Positions 1 through 7,994 of a DNA stretch of 45,494 bases are shown here, piece after piece; the first letter of the stretch is position 1; each line of letters begins with the position of its first letter. The stretch is from Calditrichota bacterium (GTDB lineage Bacteria; Calditrichota; Calditrichia; RBG-13-44-9; J042): positions 1 through 45,494 of the forward strand of contig RFHE01000177.1 in assembly GCA_003696445.1 (NCBI GenBank), written 5' to 3'. Below the pieces are notes generated by a model. The model had not been told where the DNA came from and ran no database searches. It saw only the letters and a list, made by a program, of their open reading frames with translations. The position numbers were made by a program, and so were the translations under genes.

Positions 1-872
1 ACGGCCTGGCGATAGACGGGATCCTGGACATCCCCGGCAGCAAATACCCCCTCCACCGAGGTTCGGGTGGACTTGGGTTCGGTAATGATGTAACCCCGTT
101 CGTCCAGTTCGAGCTGATCCTGGAAAATTTCGGTGTTGGGTTTGTGGCCGATGGCCAGAAACACGCCCTGACAGGCAAATTCACTTTCTTCGCCGGTTTT
201 GGTGTCCCTGAGACGAACGGCACGAACCCCTTCCTCAGGAGTGCCTAGAATATCCACCACTACCTTATTCCACAGAAAGTCGATTTTGGGATTCTGAAAG
301 GCCCGATCCTGCATGATTTTAGAGGCCCTCAGCTGATCCCGGCGGTGAATGACGGTGACCCGGGAAGCATATTTGGTTAAGAAGATGGCTTCCTCCATGG
401 CGGTGTCCCCACCACCGACCACCACTACATGTTTATCTTTAAAGAAAAACCCGTCGCAGGTGGCACAAGCCGAAACGCCGTGCCCCATCAATCGCGCTTC
501 GGATTCCAGCCCCAGCAGCTTGGCCGATGCACCGGAGGCAATAATTACACTGTCGGCAGTTAAAGTTTTGCCATCGGCCTCCAGAACGAACGGGCGCCGG
601 GAGAAATTCACCCGGGTAACGGTGGCATACAGAAAATGCGTGCCGAAGCGCGCCGCCTGCTTGTGCATCCGATCCATTAATTCCGGCCCCAGGATTCCTT
701 CCGGAAAACCAGGAAAGTTTTCCACCTCGGTGGTAATAGTCAGCTGACCGCCGGGCTGCACGCCCTGAATGACCAGCGGCTCCAGATCGGCCCGGGCGGC
801 GTAAATGGCTGCGGTTAATCCGGCCGCCCCTGAACCAATAATGACCACCTTGTAATGGGATTTGATGTCCAT
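1..872 (-). CDS. trxB: Thioredoxin-disulfide reductase (3' end runs off the window)
   Basis: Not in the ORF track; read by hand from ATG at 872: [28 protein letters not shown]...[16 protein letters not shown], redox motif [24 protein letters not shown]-binding motif. Confidence 0.95.
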   Translation of the reverse strand, partial: MDIKSHYKVVIIGSGAAGLTAAIYAARADLEPLVIQGVQPGGQLTITTEVENFPGFPEGILGPELMDRMHKQAARFGTHFLYATVTRVNFSRRPFVLEADGKTLTADSVIIASGASAKLLGLESEARLMGHGVSACATCDGFFFKDKHVVVVGGGDTAMEEAIFLTKYASRVTVIHRRDQLRASKIMQDRAFQNPKIDFLWNKVVVDILGTPEEGVRAVRLRDTKTGEESEFACQGVFLAIGHKPNTEIFQDQLELDERGYIITEPKSTRTSVEGVFAAGDVQDPVYRQA

Positions 873-1204
873 ATCTGCAACCCCTTTCAACGTTTGCGTT
901 TCATTTGGCTTCCCGATGCAAGTTTTTTAGATGGCTTAAACATACCCAGGATACACTCCGGCGCAAATTAATCAGCAAGGCACAGAAAAATTACCGCTCT
1001 CTTTAAGAAGCGAATCCCCACTCACCGCCCTGCCGGCGACGATTTAGGACCAATTTAGTCACCAAAATAAGCAATCTCCATTCACAAACAAAATTCGGGT
1101 GGTGGATTTTGGCATTGCTAGGCCTTGGTTTACCCCCTAACTTGGTTTTTCAGGTCCATCAGGGCGGGAGGCCTGTTTAACACGGACTGGACGGAGGAAC
1201 CAAA

Positions 1205-2119
1205 ATGACCAAACCCAGCACCGGAAACAGCACCCAGTATTTGCTGCCCGAAGTGGTATCCCGACTTAAAAATCTGGAATTGGTGGCCCGCATGATTGTG
1301 GAGGGCTTCCTGGTCGGGCTGCACAAGAGCCCCTTTCACGGTTTCAGTGTGGAGTTCAGCGAACACCGCCAGTACATGCCCGGCGACGATATCCGTGACA
1401 TCGACTGGAAAGTTTACGGGCGCACCGACCGGTTTTACATCAAACAGTACGAAGAGGAAACCAACCTGAAGGCCTACCTTCTGCTGGATGTATCCGGTTC
1501 CATGGGCTACAGCAGTCATTCCATCAGCAAACTGGACTACGCCCGCTACCTGGCCGCTGCGCTGGCCTATCTGCTGCTCAAGCAGCGGGATGCGGTGGGG
1601 TTGACCCTGTTTTCGGATCGCATCCACAAAATGTTGCCGGCCAAATCCACCAGTAATTACCTCAAGTTTCTGCTGAAGGCCCTGCACGAGGCCGAGCCGC
1701 AGCCAAGCACTACCGCGGTGGCCGACACCCTTCACCGCATGGCCGAAAAACTGAAGCGGCGGGGCATGGTCATTCTGCTTTCTGAATTTCTCTACGAACC
1801 AGCCGAGCAAATTGTGCAGGGGTTGCGCCACTTTCGCTACTACGGCCATGAGGTGCTGGTGTTCAACATCCTCGATCCGAAAGACCGCTATTTTGATTTT
1901 AGCGACGAAGCCACCTTCGTGGATCTGGAAACTGGAGAAAAGCTGAAAACCCAGCCCTACTTCATTCAGTGGGACTATGTGCAACTGATTGAACAATTTT
2001 ACGGAAGGCTCAAAAACCAGTGCTACGGCATGCAGATCGACTTTGAGAATGTACTGACCAGCGAAAGCTTCGAAAAGCCCCTGCTCCGGTTTTTACTCAA
2101 GCGCCAGAAGATGCTGTGA
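1205..2119 (+). CDS. DUF58 family protein (vWA-like, usually MoxR-associated)
   Basis: GLHKSPFHGFSVEFSEHRQYMPGDDIRDIDWK and LLLDVSGSM motifs; GGAGG RBS upstream. Confidence 0.92.
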   Translation: MTKPSTGNSTQYLLPEVVSRLKNLELVARMIVEGFLVGLHKSPFHGFSVEFSEHRQYMPGDDIRDIDWKVYGRTDRFYIKQYEEETNLKAYLLLDVSGSMGYSSHSISKLDYARYLAAALAYLLLKQRDAVGLTLFSDRIHKMLPAKSTSNYLKFLLKALHEAEPQPSTTAVADTLHRMAEKLKRRGMVILLSEFLYEPAEQIVQGLRHFRYYGHEVLVFNILDPKDRYFDFSDEATFVDLETGEKLKTQPYFIQWDYVQLIEQFYGRLKNQCYGMQIDFENVLTSESFEKPLLRFLLKRQKML

Positions 2120-2126
2120 GCGGGTT

Positions 2127-3770
2127 TTACAGGTTCGCGCTCAGGGCAACCTGCCAGCGATCCAGTTGGATCAGATCGCTGCCCAGAAATGCATCCAGCC
2201 GAAACCGCTTCCAGCGAAAGCCCAGGCCGGCCATGGCCTCGCGGTCAATCGCCCGGGTACTGGAGCGATTTTCGATCTCACGCCTGGAGGGCAAATCGCC
2301 CAGCCTTCTGGAATGCTGGTCAGTATCCCGCCAGTGCCATACCACTCCCAGGCGGGCCTGAATGGGACCCACTTCGCCCTCCAGCGCAACCGGCAAATTC
2401 AAAGCGGTCTCGCGCGTACGATCCAGGGCAGGAATTTCATCCATTACATCCAGTTGGTCGGTCACCGAATCCCTGACCGTAACCTGGTGATCTTCGAAAG
2501 CCAGTGGCGCGCTGATTTTGGTTCGCACATAGCTCAGCTGCAGCCCAGCCAGAATACGGGCCCGCCGATGAACGGGAATTACCTGCCCCACGCCGCCCCG
2601 GAAAGCCACAAGGGTATTGCTCCCGTTTGCGGATTGCTGGCTTGTTTCTTCCATGCGGAAATTAAAACTTCCCGAGCCGGTTTGCTTCCTCACATCCTGG
2701 AGGGCATCATCCTGCATTTCTCTACTCTTGAAGCGGGCGATACGGGCAAACAAATGGAGGCGGGTCAAACCGCGCCAGCCCTCCACCCCACCTTCCCAGG
2801 CATACAACCGGTACACACCGGGTCCGAGCGTCCGATGGTCAAATTGGCTGGTATTGGTGAATGGATTGGGAGGATTGGAATACACATTACGCTCGAACAT
2901 GGAGACTTCGTTATTGATCCAAAAGCGGCTTCGATAGTATTTCCAGCGCAATTGCGGCAAAATATCCCATTTGCCTGCAGAAATGCGGGCACCAAGCGCC
3001 AGCTCGTGCCCCCGCCATGGCTGCCCGCTACCGGAACTGCTGAAATTTTTTACCTCCCGATCCAGGCCCGATCCGCTGGAGCTGAATGTCTCACGAAGCT
3101 GAAACTCATTCTGGCTTTTTCGCTGCAAATAATAAAACCGGTAACTGAAGGCCACCTGTACATTCGACCGGTTGAGCACGCCCAGCCAAAGCTGTGCGCT
3201 GAACTCATCGCTTACCGCCAGTTTCTGGCTCGTGCTTTCCCGGTTGTTCTGCCCTCCCGAATTGGAAAAGGCTAGATTATCGCTGAGCGAACTGCTCTGC
3301 TTGTCGGTGATTCCTCGAAAAAAAACCCCGGCCGAAAGGCCTTTGCCAAAGAGGCGACTACTCCAGTAACCCAGCGACAGTACCGGCCCCCGGGTGAGCG
3401 TTCCTCCGGCTGCAGCCGGGGCAACCAGCTCACCCCCGGATTCATCGCTACCAGTCCCGGTAATTCTTTGAAATGGTAAAATTTCAGGTTCCGGGCGGGG
3501 CGCATAATCCACCACCACCCTGTCCCCAGAAATCTGAAACAGTGCCGCGGGGTGGACAAACAGATCGGTCAGGGTATCCTGCACCAGACCGGCAAAGCCG
3601 GCCCCCAGCGCCCGCATCCGCACTGACAAATAGGGAATCTCGCTTACTGGGAAAACAATGCTACTTCCGCTAATTAAAGCATTTACTCGATGCTCGAAAT
3701 GCTGAGCCAGTACAGGCGTGTACAAAGCACTGCAGAGGACCACAAACACGATTGGCCGGTGGGCTTTCAT
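2127..3770 (-). CDS. Exported hypothetical protein, probable outer-membrane beta-barrel with FadL/PorV-like N-terminal hatch motif
   Basis: Signal peptide MKAHRPIVFVVLCSALYTPVLA; MRALGAGFAGLVQDTLTDLFVHPAAL resembles the AR.MG.A..A...D.....NPA.L motif; many amphipathic beta-strands. Start moved from 3860 to ATG 3770. Confidence 0.6.
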   Translation of the reverse strand: MKAHRPIVFVVLCSALYTPVLAQHFEHRVNALISGSSIVFPVSEIPYLSVRMRALGAGFAGLVQDTLTDLFVHPAALFQISGDRVVVDYAPRPEPEILPFQRITGTGSDESGGELVAPAAAGGTLTRGPVLSLGYWSSRLFGKGLSAGVFFRGITDKQSSSLSDNLAFSNSGGQNNRESTSQKLAVSDEFSAQLWLGVLNRSNVQVAFSYRFYYLQRKSQNEFQLRETFSSSGSGLDREVKNFSSSGSGQPWRGHELALGARISAGKWDILPQLRWKYYRSRFWINNEVSMFERNVYSNPPNPFTNTSQFDHRTLGPGVYRLYAWEGGVEGWRGLTRLHLFARIARFKSREMQDDALQDVRKQTGSGSFNFRMEETSQQSANGSNTLVAFRGGVGQVIPVHRRARILAGLQLSYVRTKISAPLAFEDHQVTVRDSVTDQLDVMDEIPALDRTRETALNLPVALEGEVGPIQARLGVVWHWRDTDQHSRRLGDLPSRREIENRSSTRAIDREAMAGLGFRWKRFRLDAFLGSDLIQLDRWQVALSANL

Positions 3771-4043
3771 GACCAACCCTCCTCTCCAACCAGAACCAAA
3801 CCACCTTTTCAGGGTAGTAAAAAGTAATTGTACAACATTTGCTAAACAAGAGGTGCCCAAATTTTCTCCAATTCTTTTAAAAATAGCCCTTTTTTCTCCC
3901 TGATATCAAAAGCGCCACTCCACAAAAGTATCCTTTTTTATTTTTTTCGAGAGAACCAAGCGGCCTATGCCTGGCACAGTTGTTATCCGTGGTGTTAGGT
4001 TCAATTAAGGCTGCGGCAGGGGCGAGCCTGCGGGTCAGGGCCT

Positions 4044-5198
4044 TTAAGAAGCGGAGAGGGGCTGGTAAGGCCGGAGCTGGAATGGTTCTGCGGAGAGCAG
4101 GCCGGTACCCAGTAAGGTCAGAAAAGCCACTGGAGCGAGGCTTTGAGAGCTCTGGGCTCTAAGGCGGGGCACCGGTAAAAGGGCTGGCTTGCCGATCAGG
4201 CGGGCCACTGCTTCCACTACGGGCAAGCGGGTCGCCTCCGGGCCGCACACCACCAGCAAAGCGCTACTCAATACAGAATCGGGTAAGCGGTAAAGGAGGG
4301 TTTGAAGCGTCCCCAGAAAACTACGCCAACTATCAGGCATATCTTCCGGCAACCCTTTCTCGAACCGGCTCGCTGCGCGAGTGCGCTGGTTTCCTTCATC
4401 GTGCGGGTATTCTGTGCCTCCCAAGCGCTCCAGCACCGCCTGCACTTGAATTTGCCCCTCCTCGGGCATGGGACAGGCCAATTGCCGGAATAGGTGCATT
4501 GTGCCCTCAACTTGCAGGCATAGGCCAATCGCTCCCGGATGCAAAAGGACGCAAAGCACCGGTAAAGGTGTTGGAACAACCATCCCAAGGGCCTGAGAGA
4601 GACCGGCACTGAAATGGAAATATTCCACCTGGCGCCAGGTCCAGTGGTTCAGCAGTGCTTCCCACGGCTTGATCAGGCGGGATGGAAACACTTGCACCAG
4701 CACCTGGCTGGTCTGTCCTGGGCCAGCCAGATGGGTTCGTAACAGTTCCCATCGCCAGTAATCTCCTGGCTTAAATTCTGGAATTTCTTTTTTCAGCAGA
4801 TAAAGCACAGGCTTTTCCAGAAAGTGCGGGTCCAGGGTTCGGGGAATTTTCAGGATAGACTGATAAAGTCCCGGCAAGCCGAGGCCGATACGCAGCTCAA
4901 TAGGTCCCTTGCTTTTCCGATGGACATGGTTCAGTAAGTCCTGCAGTTCCTTCAGGTCAAGCAGGGATTGACGGGCAATACACACTTCCCCATACTGGAG
5001 GGTTTGGAAACGGCCCTGAAACTGATCTCCAACCAGATAATAAACCATGCCGGGATGAATTTCCAGGCATAGGACTCGGGTTGCCCGCAGGCGCTGCCAA
5101 GGCTTGAGTTTGACGCCGACGGGGATTTCGCGTATCTTTATCCATGTGGAGGGCGAACTTGATGTGGGTGGTGGTTTCCCAGCTCCACGGCTTTGCAC
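4044..5198 (-). CDS. Highly diverged PilM/GspL-like actin-fold protein
   Basis: N-terminal VLCLEIHPG (PilM: LGLDIG); C-terminal LLVVCGPEATRLPVVEAVARLIGKPALLPVP and LAPVAFLTLLGTGLL follow the PilM I.L.GG.A...L...LG.PV and A.GLAL pattern; follows pilD; GGAGG before the GTG start. Confidence 0.55.
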   Translation of the reverse strand: MQSRGAGKPPPTSSSPSTWIKIREIPVGVKLKPWQRLRATRVLCLEIHPGMVYYLVGDQFQGRFQTLQYGEVCIARQSLLDLKELQDLLNHVHRKSKGPIELRIGLGLPGLYQSILKIPRTLDPHFLEKPVLYLLKKEIPEFKPGDYWRWELLRTHLAGPGQTSQVLVQVFPSRLIKPWEALLNHWTWRQVEYFHFSAGLSQALGMVVPTPLPVLCVLLHPGAIGLCLQVEGTMHLFRQLACPMPEEGQIQVQAVLERLGGTEYPHDEGNQRTRAASRFEKGLPEDMPDSWRSFLGTLQTLLYRLPDSVLSSALLVVCGPEATRLPVVEAVARLIGKPALLPVPRLRAQSSQSLAPVAFLTLLGTGLLSAEPFQLRPYQPLSAS

Positions 5199-5222
5199 AG
5201 TTGCACACCTCCCAGCAATCTA

Positions 5223-5999
5223 TCAGGGTACACTGGCAACCAATTCTGCAACCCCCGGCCAGCCGGAGGGATAAGCGCCCCACAACAGAAGTACAATCAT
5301 GCCAATGGCCAGGAAGGGCACAAAAGGAATGCTTGCCTGTACTCGGGGATTTCGCAAAAAAGCAGGCAACAAGCCAGCCACCCCGGCAAGTAAAAAGCCG
5401 ATTAAAATAGCGAACAGTATGGCAGTGGGTCCTAAAAAAATCCCGGCGGCGGCAGCCAACTGGATATCACCGAAACCAACCAGTGATTCTCTTCCCAGAA
5501 GTTTACTGAGAAGGACCACCAGGGCCAGAACGGACCCCCCCATTGCAGCCCCAAGGCATACCATGGACCACGGCTGAACCTGCAGCAGCAAATTGGCAGC
5601 CAGCCCGGAAACAAGCATCAGCACAATCAGGCGGTTTGGGATCAACTGCAATTCAGCATCAATCAAACTGATTGTGATTAAAAAACAACAAAAGAGGCCG
5701 TAAAAGAAAAACGGCCCGGTAAATCCGAACCGCCCATAGAGGGCCAGACCGGACAAGGCGGTGCTTAATTCGATAATCGGGTAGCGCACCGAAATGGGAA
5801 AATGACAGTAAAAGCAACGGCCTTTTAGAAACATATAGGAAATCAGTGGAATTTTAAAGTAGGGGGCCAGGTACATATGGCAGCTTGGACAGAAAGATCC
5901 AGTTCGAAACAGTGCAATGTGCCGGGGCAGTCGATAAGCACATTTTCCAAGAAATTCCCCAATCAGGAGCCCGAGAAAAAAAACCACCGTCCAGTTCAT
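5223..5999 (-). CDS. pilD: Prepilin peptidase / N-methyltransferase (A24A family)
   Basis: YRLP, CPSC...CFYC zinc site, ISVRYPIIEL, catalytic LID and GFGD, IPFxPFL, multiple TM helices. Confidence 0.9.
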   Translation of the reverse strand: MNWTVVFFLGLLIGEFLGKCAYRLPRHIALFRTGSFCPSCHMYLAPYFKIPLISYMFLKGRCFYCHFPISVRYPIIELSTALSGLALYGRFGFTGPFFFYGLFCCFLITISLIDAELQLIPNRLIVLMLVSGLAANLLLQVQPWSMVCLGAAMGGSVLALVVLLSKLLGRESLVGFGDIQLAAAAGIFLGPTAILFAILIGFLLAGVAGLLPAFLRNPRVQASIPFVPFLAIGMIVLLLWGAYPSGWPGVAELVASVP

Positions 6000-6086
6000 C
6001 GCCACGGTTCCGTAAATTTTGTACTCGCTTATTGCCGTTCCGTTTTTTTTTATCGGCTTAAATTGGCCTCGAGGTCAGGAGAAAAA

Positions 6087-7805
6087 TTATTTCACACTAC
6101 CGGCAAGCACCTGTGCTGTTCGAGCCGGAGAAAGGGATGTGGGGCTTACATCGGACGGGGAGATGCCCAGTTGGCCAAAGAGTTGTTGCACAGCCTGCCA
6201 GTCGGTAACTCCGCGCCGGATCAATGCCCAGGCATTCTCCTGAAACGAAATCCGGTGAGCGCTGCCATTCACAATGTCCTCCACCGAGGCTTGCTGGTGC
6301 AATGCTTTTCTCAATTCCGGCGATGCCGGTAAAAATTCCTGAATAAGCACCCATCCAGCATACCCGGTAAAACCACAGGCTGGACACCCCACGGCGCCCC
6401 CGGAGAGTTCTGCCCCGCCGGTTGGTACCAGCCCTGCCCTCGGTAAAGCCACCGGGCGGCAACGAGTACAGAGTGCAGGTAATTTGTGCACGGCTACTGC
6501 GGCACTGAATACTGCAGCCAGATCTTGCGGGGCCACCTTCTGTTGCAGGTGCTCCAGGGCAGAAAAAACAGTGGGTTTTTCCAGAACCAGCACAACCAGG
6601 CGTCGCCGGGCTTCCTGAACAGCGAGGGCAATAGCCGCTTTCTCCCCCGCCGGTTCCAAAACAACGACCTCCGGCTCCAGGCTTAGAAAACTGCGCAATA
6701 AAGCCCCTGGACCAGGCTCATGTCCTGTTTGCCAGCGCAATTTGACCACGCCCGGAATCCAGGGGGAAACTTGCCGTTCGATGATTAGCAGCCTCTTCCC
6801 CTCCATTTTCAGCATTTCCAGTTCAAGGTTGAGCCGACCTCGCACCGGGGACTCCAGCCTACCGGAGAGGAGAACAAGTCCGTTATTCTTCCGTAAAAGT
6901 TCGGGAATGTATTTGAAATTGGGATGCTCAGCCGGGCGTGGCGTTTCTTTCCCCTCTTGCAGGTGTTCCACCCACTGGAGGCTTAACTCAAACCGATGTG
7001 CATTTTTTTTCCACCGAAGCCGTGCACCAAACTCTGCCTGGTGGGCTGGTAAAACCAGTGTGGCATTGTTCTTTTCTTCCACCATTTCCCACCGGCACCC
7101 ACCCAATTTGAATAGCTGCCTGAGCAGCGACGGCCAAAGAATGGAGGGAACGGCGAAATGTTCTTTTTCCCAATGCTCGGTTTCCAACTCCAACCTAACC
7201 GCATTGCCTGGCAGGTAAAAAGCATGGAGGAGCCCCCTTCGCTCGGCAACCCGGGCCAGAAGCAAGCGAACAAAGCTATCTACCAGATTGCTCCCCTCGG
7301 ATGGCAACGCTCCTTGGGCATTCAGGTAATCCCGAAGCCATCCCAGAGCCTGGGAGAGCCTGCGCCAGGTGTGTGCGACCTCCCGCTGGACTCCAAACAT
7401 CCAGCGAACTTCCATACCGCACCGCCATTCCAGCCAGCGCTCCTGCTCGCCAGTCAGGGGTAAAGCAGCTACGACATTCAGAGGCGGTGTCTGCCCTATT
7501 AGCGTCAAAATTTGCCAGGCCTGCAGCCGGTTTGCCCCCAGGGCAAAAATCTGCTCAATATCGGGTTGACAAACGCTGGGATTTCTCCCACAAATTCCCA
7601 ACCGGCGCCACACCAGGCGGTAAAGTTGTTCTGCGGTCAATATGCCCCGGGCCAATAACAGGTTTTGGAGAAACACAGGCTCTTGCTCAAGTGGTGCAAG
7701 CAATTGTTTCAGTTGACGGGAGGAGAGGATCTCGTTTTTTAGCAAGAGGGGAATCAGCCAACCATCGGCCACCCGCGGTGCAGTGTTGCGATCTTCCTTG
7801 TTCAT
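6087..7805 (-). CDS. PilB/GspE-family secretion ATPase homologue with degenerate Walker A/B and MshEN motifs (pseudo-ATPase)
   Basis: MshEN-like tandem helical repeat at the N-terminus; GLVLLSGRLESPVRGRL at the Walker A position; LEPEVVVLEP at Walker B; tetracysteine LCTRC...GCPACGFTGYAG retained. ATG 7805 preferred because the predicted sigma-54 start site is near 7846. Confidence 0.8.
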   Translation of the reverse strand: MNKEDRNTAPRVADGWLIPLLLKNEILSSRQLKQLLAPLEQEPVFLQNLLLARGILTAEQLYRLVWRRLGICGRNPSVCQPDIEQIFALGANRLQAWQILTLIGQTPPLNVVAALPLTGEQERWLEWRCGMEVRWMFGVQREVAHTWRRLSQALGWLRDYLNAQGALPSEGSNLVDSFVRLLLARVAERRGLLHAFYLPGNAVRLELETEHWEKEHFAVPSILWPSLLRQLFKLGGCRWEMVEEKNNATLVLPAHQAEFGARLRWKKNAHRFELSLQWVEHLQEGKETPRPAEHPNFKYIPELLRKNNGLVLLSGRLESPVRGRLNLELEMLKMEGKRLLIIERQVSPWIPGVVKLRWQTGHEPGPGALLRSFLSLEPEVVVLEPAGEKAAIALAVQEARRRLVVLVLEKPTVFSALEHLQQKVAPQDLAAVFSAAVAVHKLPALCTRCRPVALPRAGLVPTGGAELSGGAVGCPACGFTGYAGWVLIQEFLPASPELRKALHQQASVEDIVNGSAHRISFQENAWALIRRGVTDWQAVQQLFGQLGISPSDVSPTSLSPARTAQVLAGSVK

Positions 7806-7856
7806 CTTGAAAGCCCCTTCCCTGGAATTTCCGTTTTTTTGAATCAATTATTCTTG

Positions 7857-7873
7857 TGCAGTTATTGTGCCAG
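7857..7873 (-). promoter_or_regulatory. Sigma-54 (-24/-12) promoter
   Basis: CTGGCACAATAACTGCA on the minus strand, exact GG-N10-GC spacing, about 50 bp upstream of the PilB-like ATG. Confidence 0.75.
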
Positions 7874-7954
7874 AAAAGCGCGCTCCATAGCAACGAGGCC
7901 CTGCACCAGATTGGAAGGGTAAAACAGCCAGGAATGACAGAAGGAAACTCAGGC

Positions 7955-7975
7955 AGTGTCGCTTTTTTCGACACT
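7955..7975. promoter_or_regulatory. Palindromic putative enhancer (bEBP upstream activating sequence)
   Basis: AGTGTCG-N7-CGACACT (TGT-N11-ACA), centred about 120 bp upstream of the predicted sigma-54 start site; ACTCAGGC direct repeats at 7947-7954 and 7973-7980. Confidence 0.5.
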
Positions 7976-7994
7976 CAGGCGGGCGAAGATGTGT

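Noticed and set aside
349-747. 132-aa plus-strand ORF
   Set aside because: Antisense shadow of trxB.
1130-3275. Long ORFs 1130-1996 (-) and 2166-3275 (+)
   Set aside because: Antisense shadows of the DUF58 and OMP genes with no recognisable motifs.
3971-3988. CTGGCACAGTTGTTAT, sigma-54 -24-like box
   Set aside because: No GC at -12, and it points antisense into the PilM-like gene.
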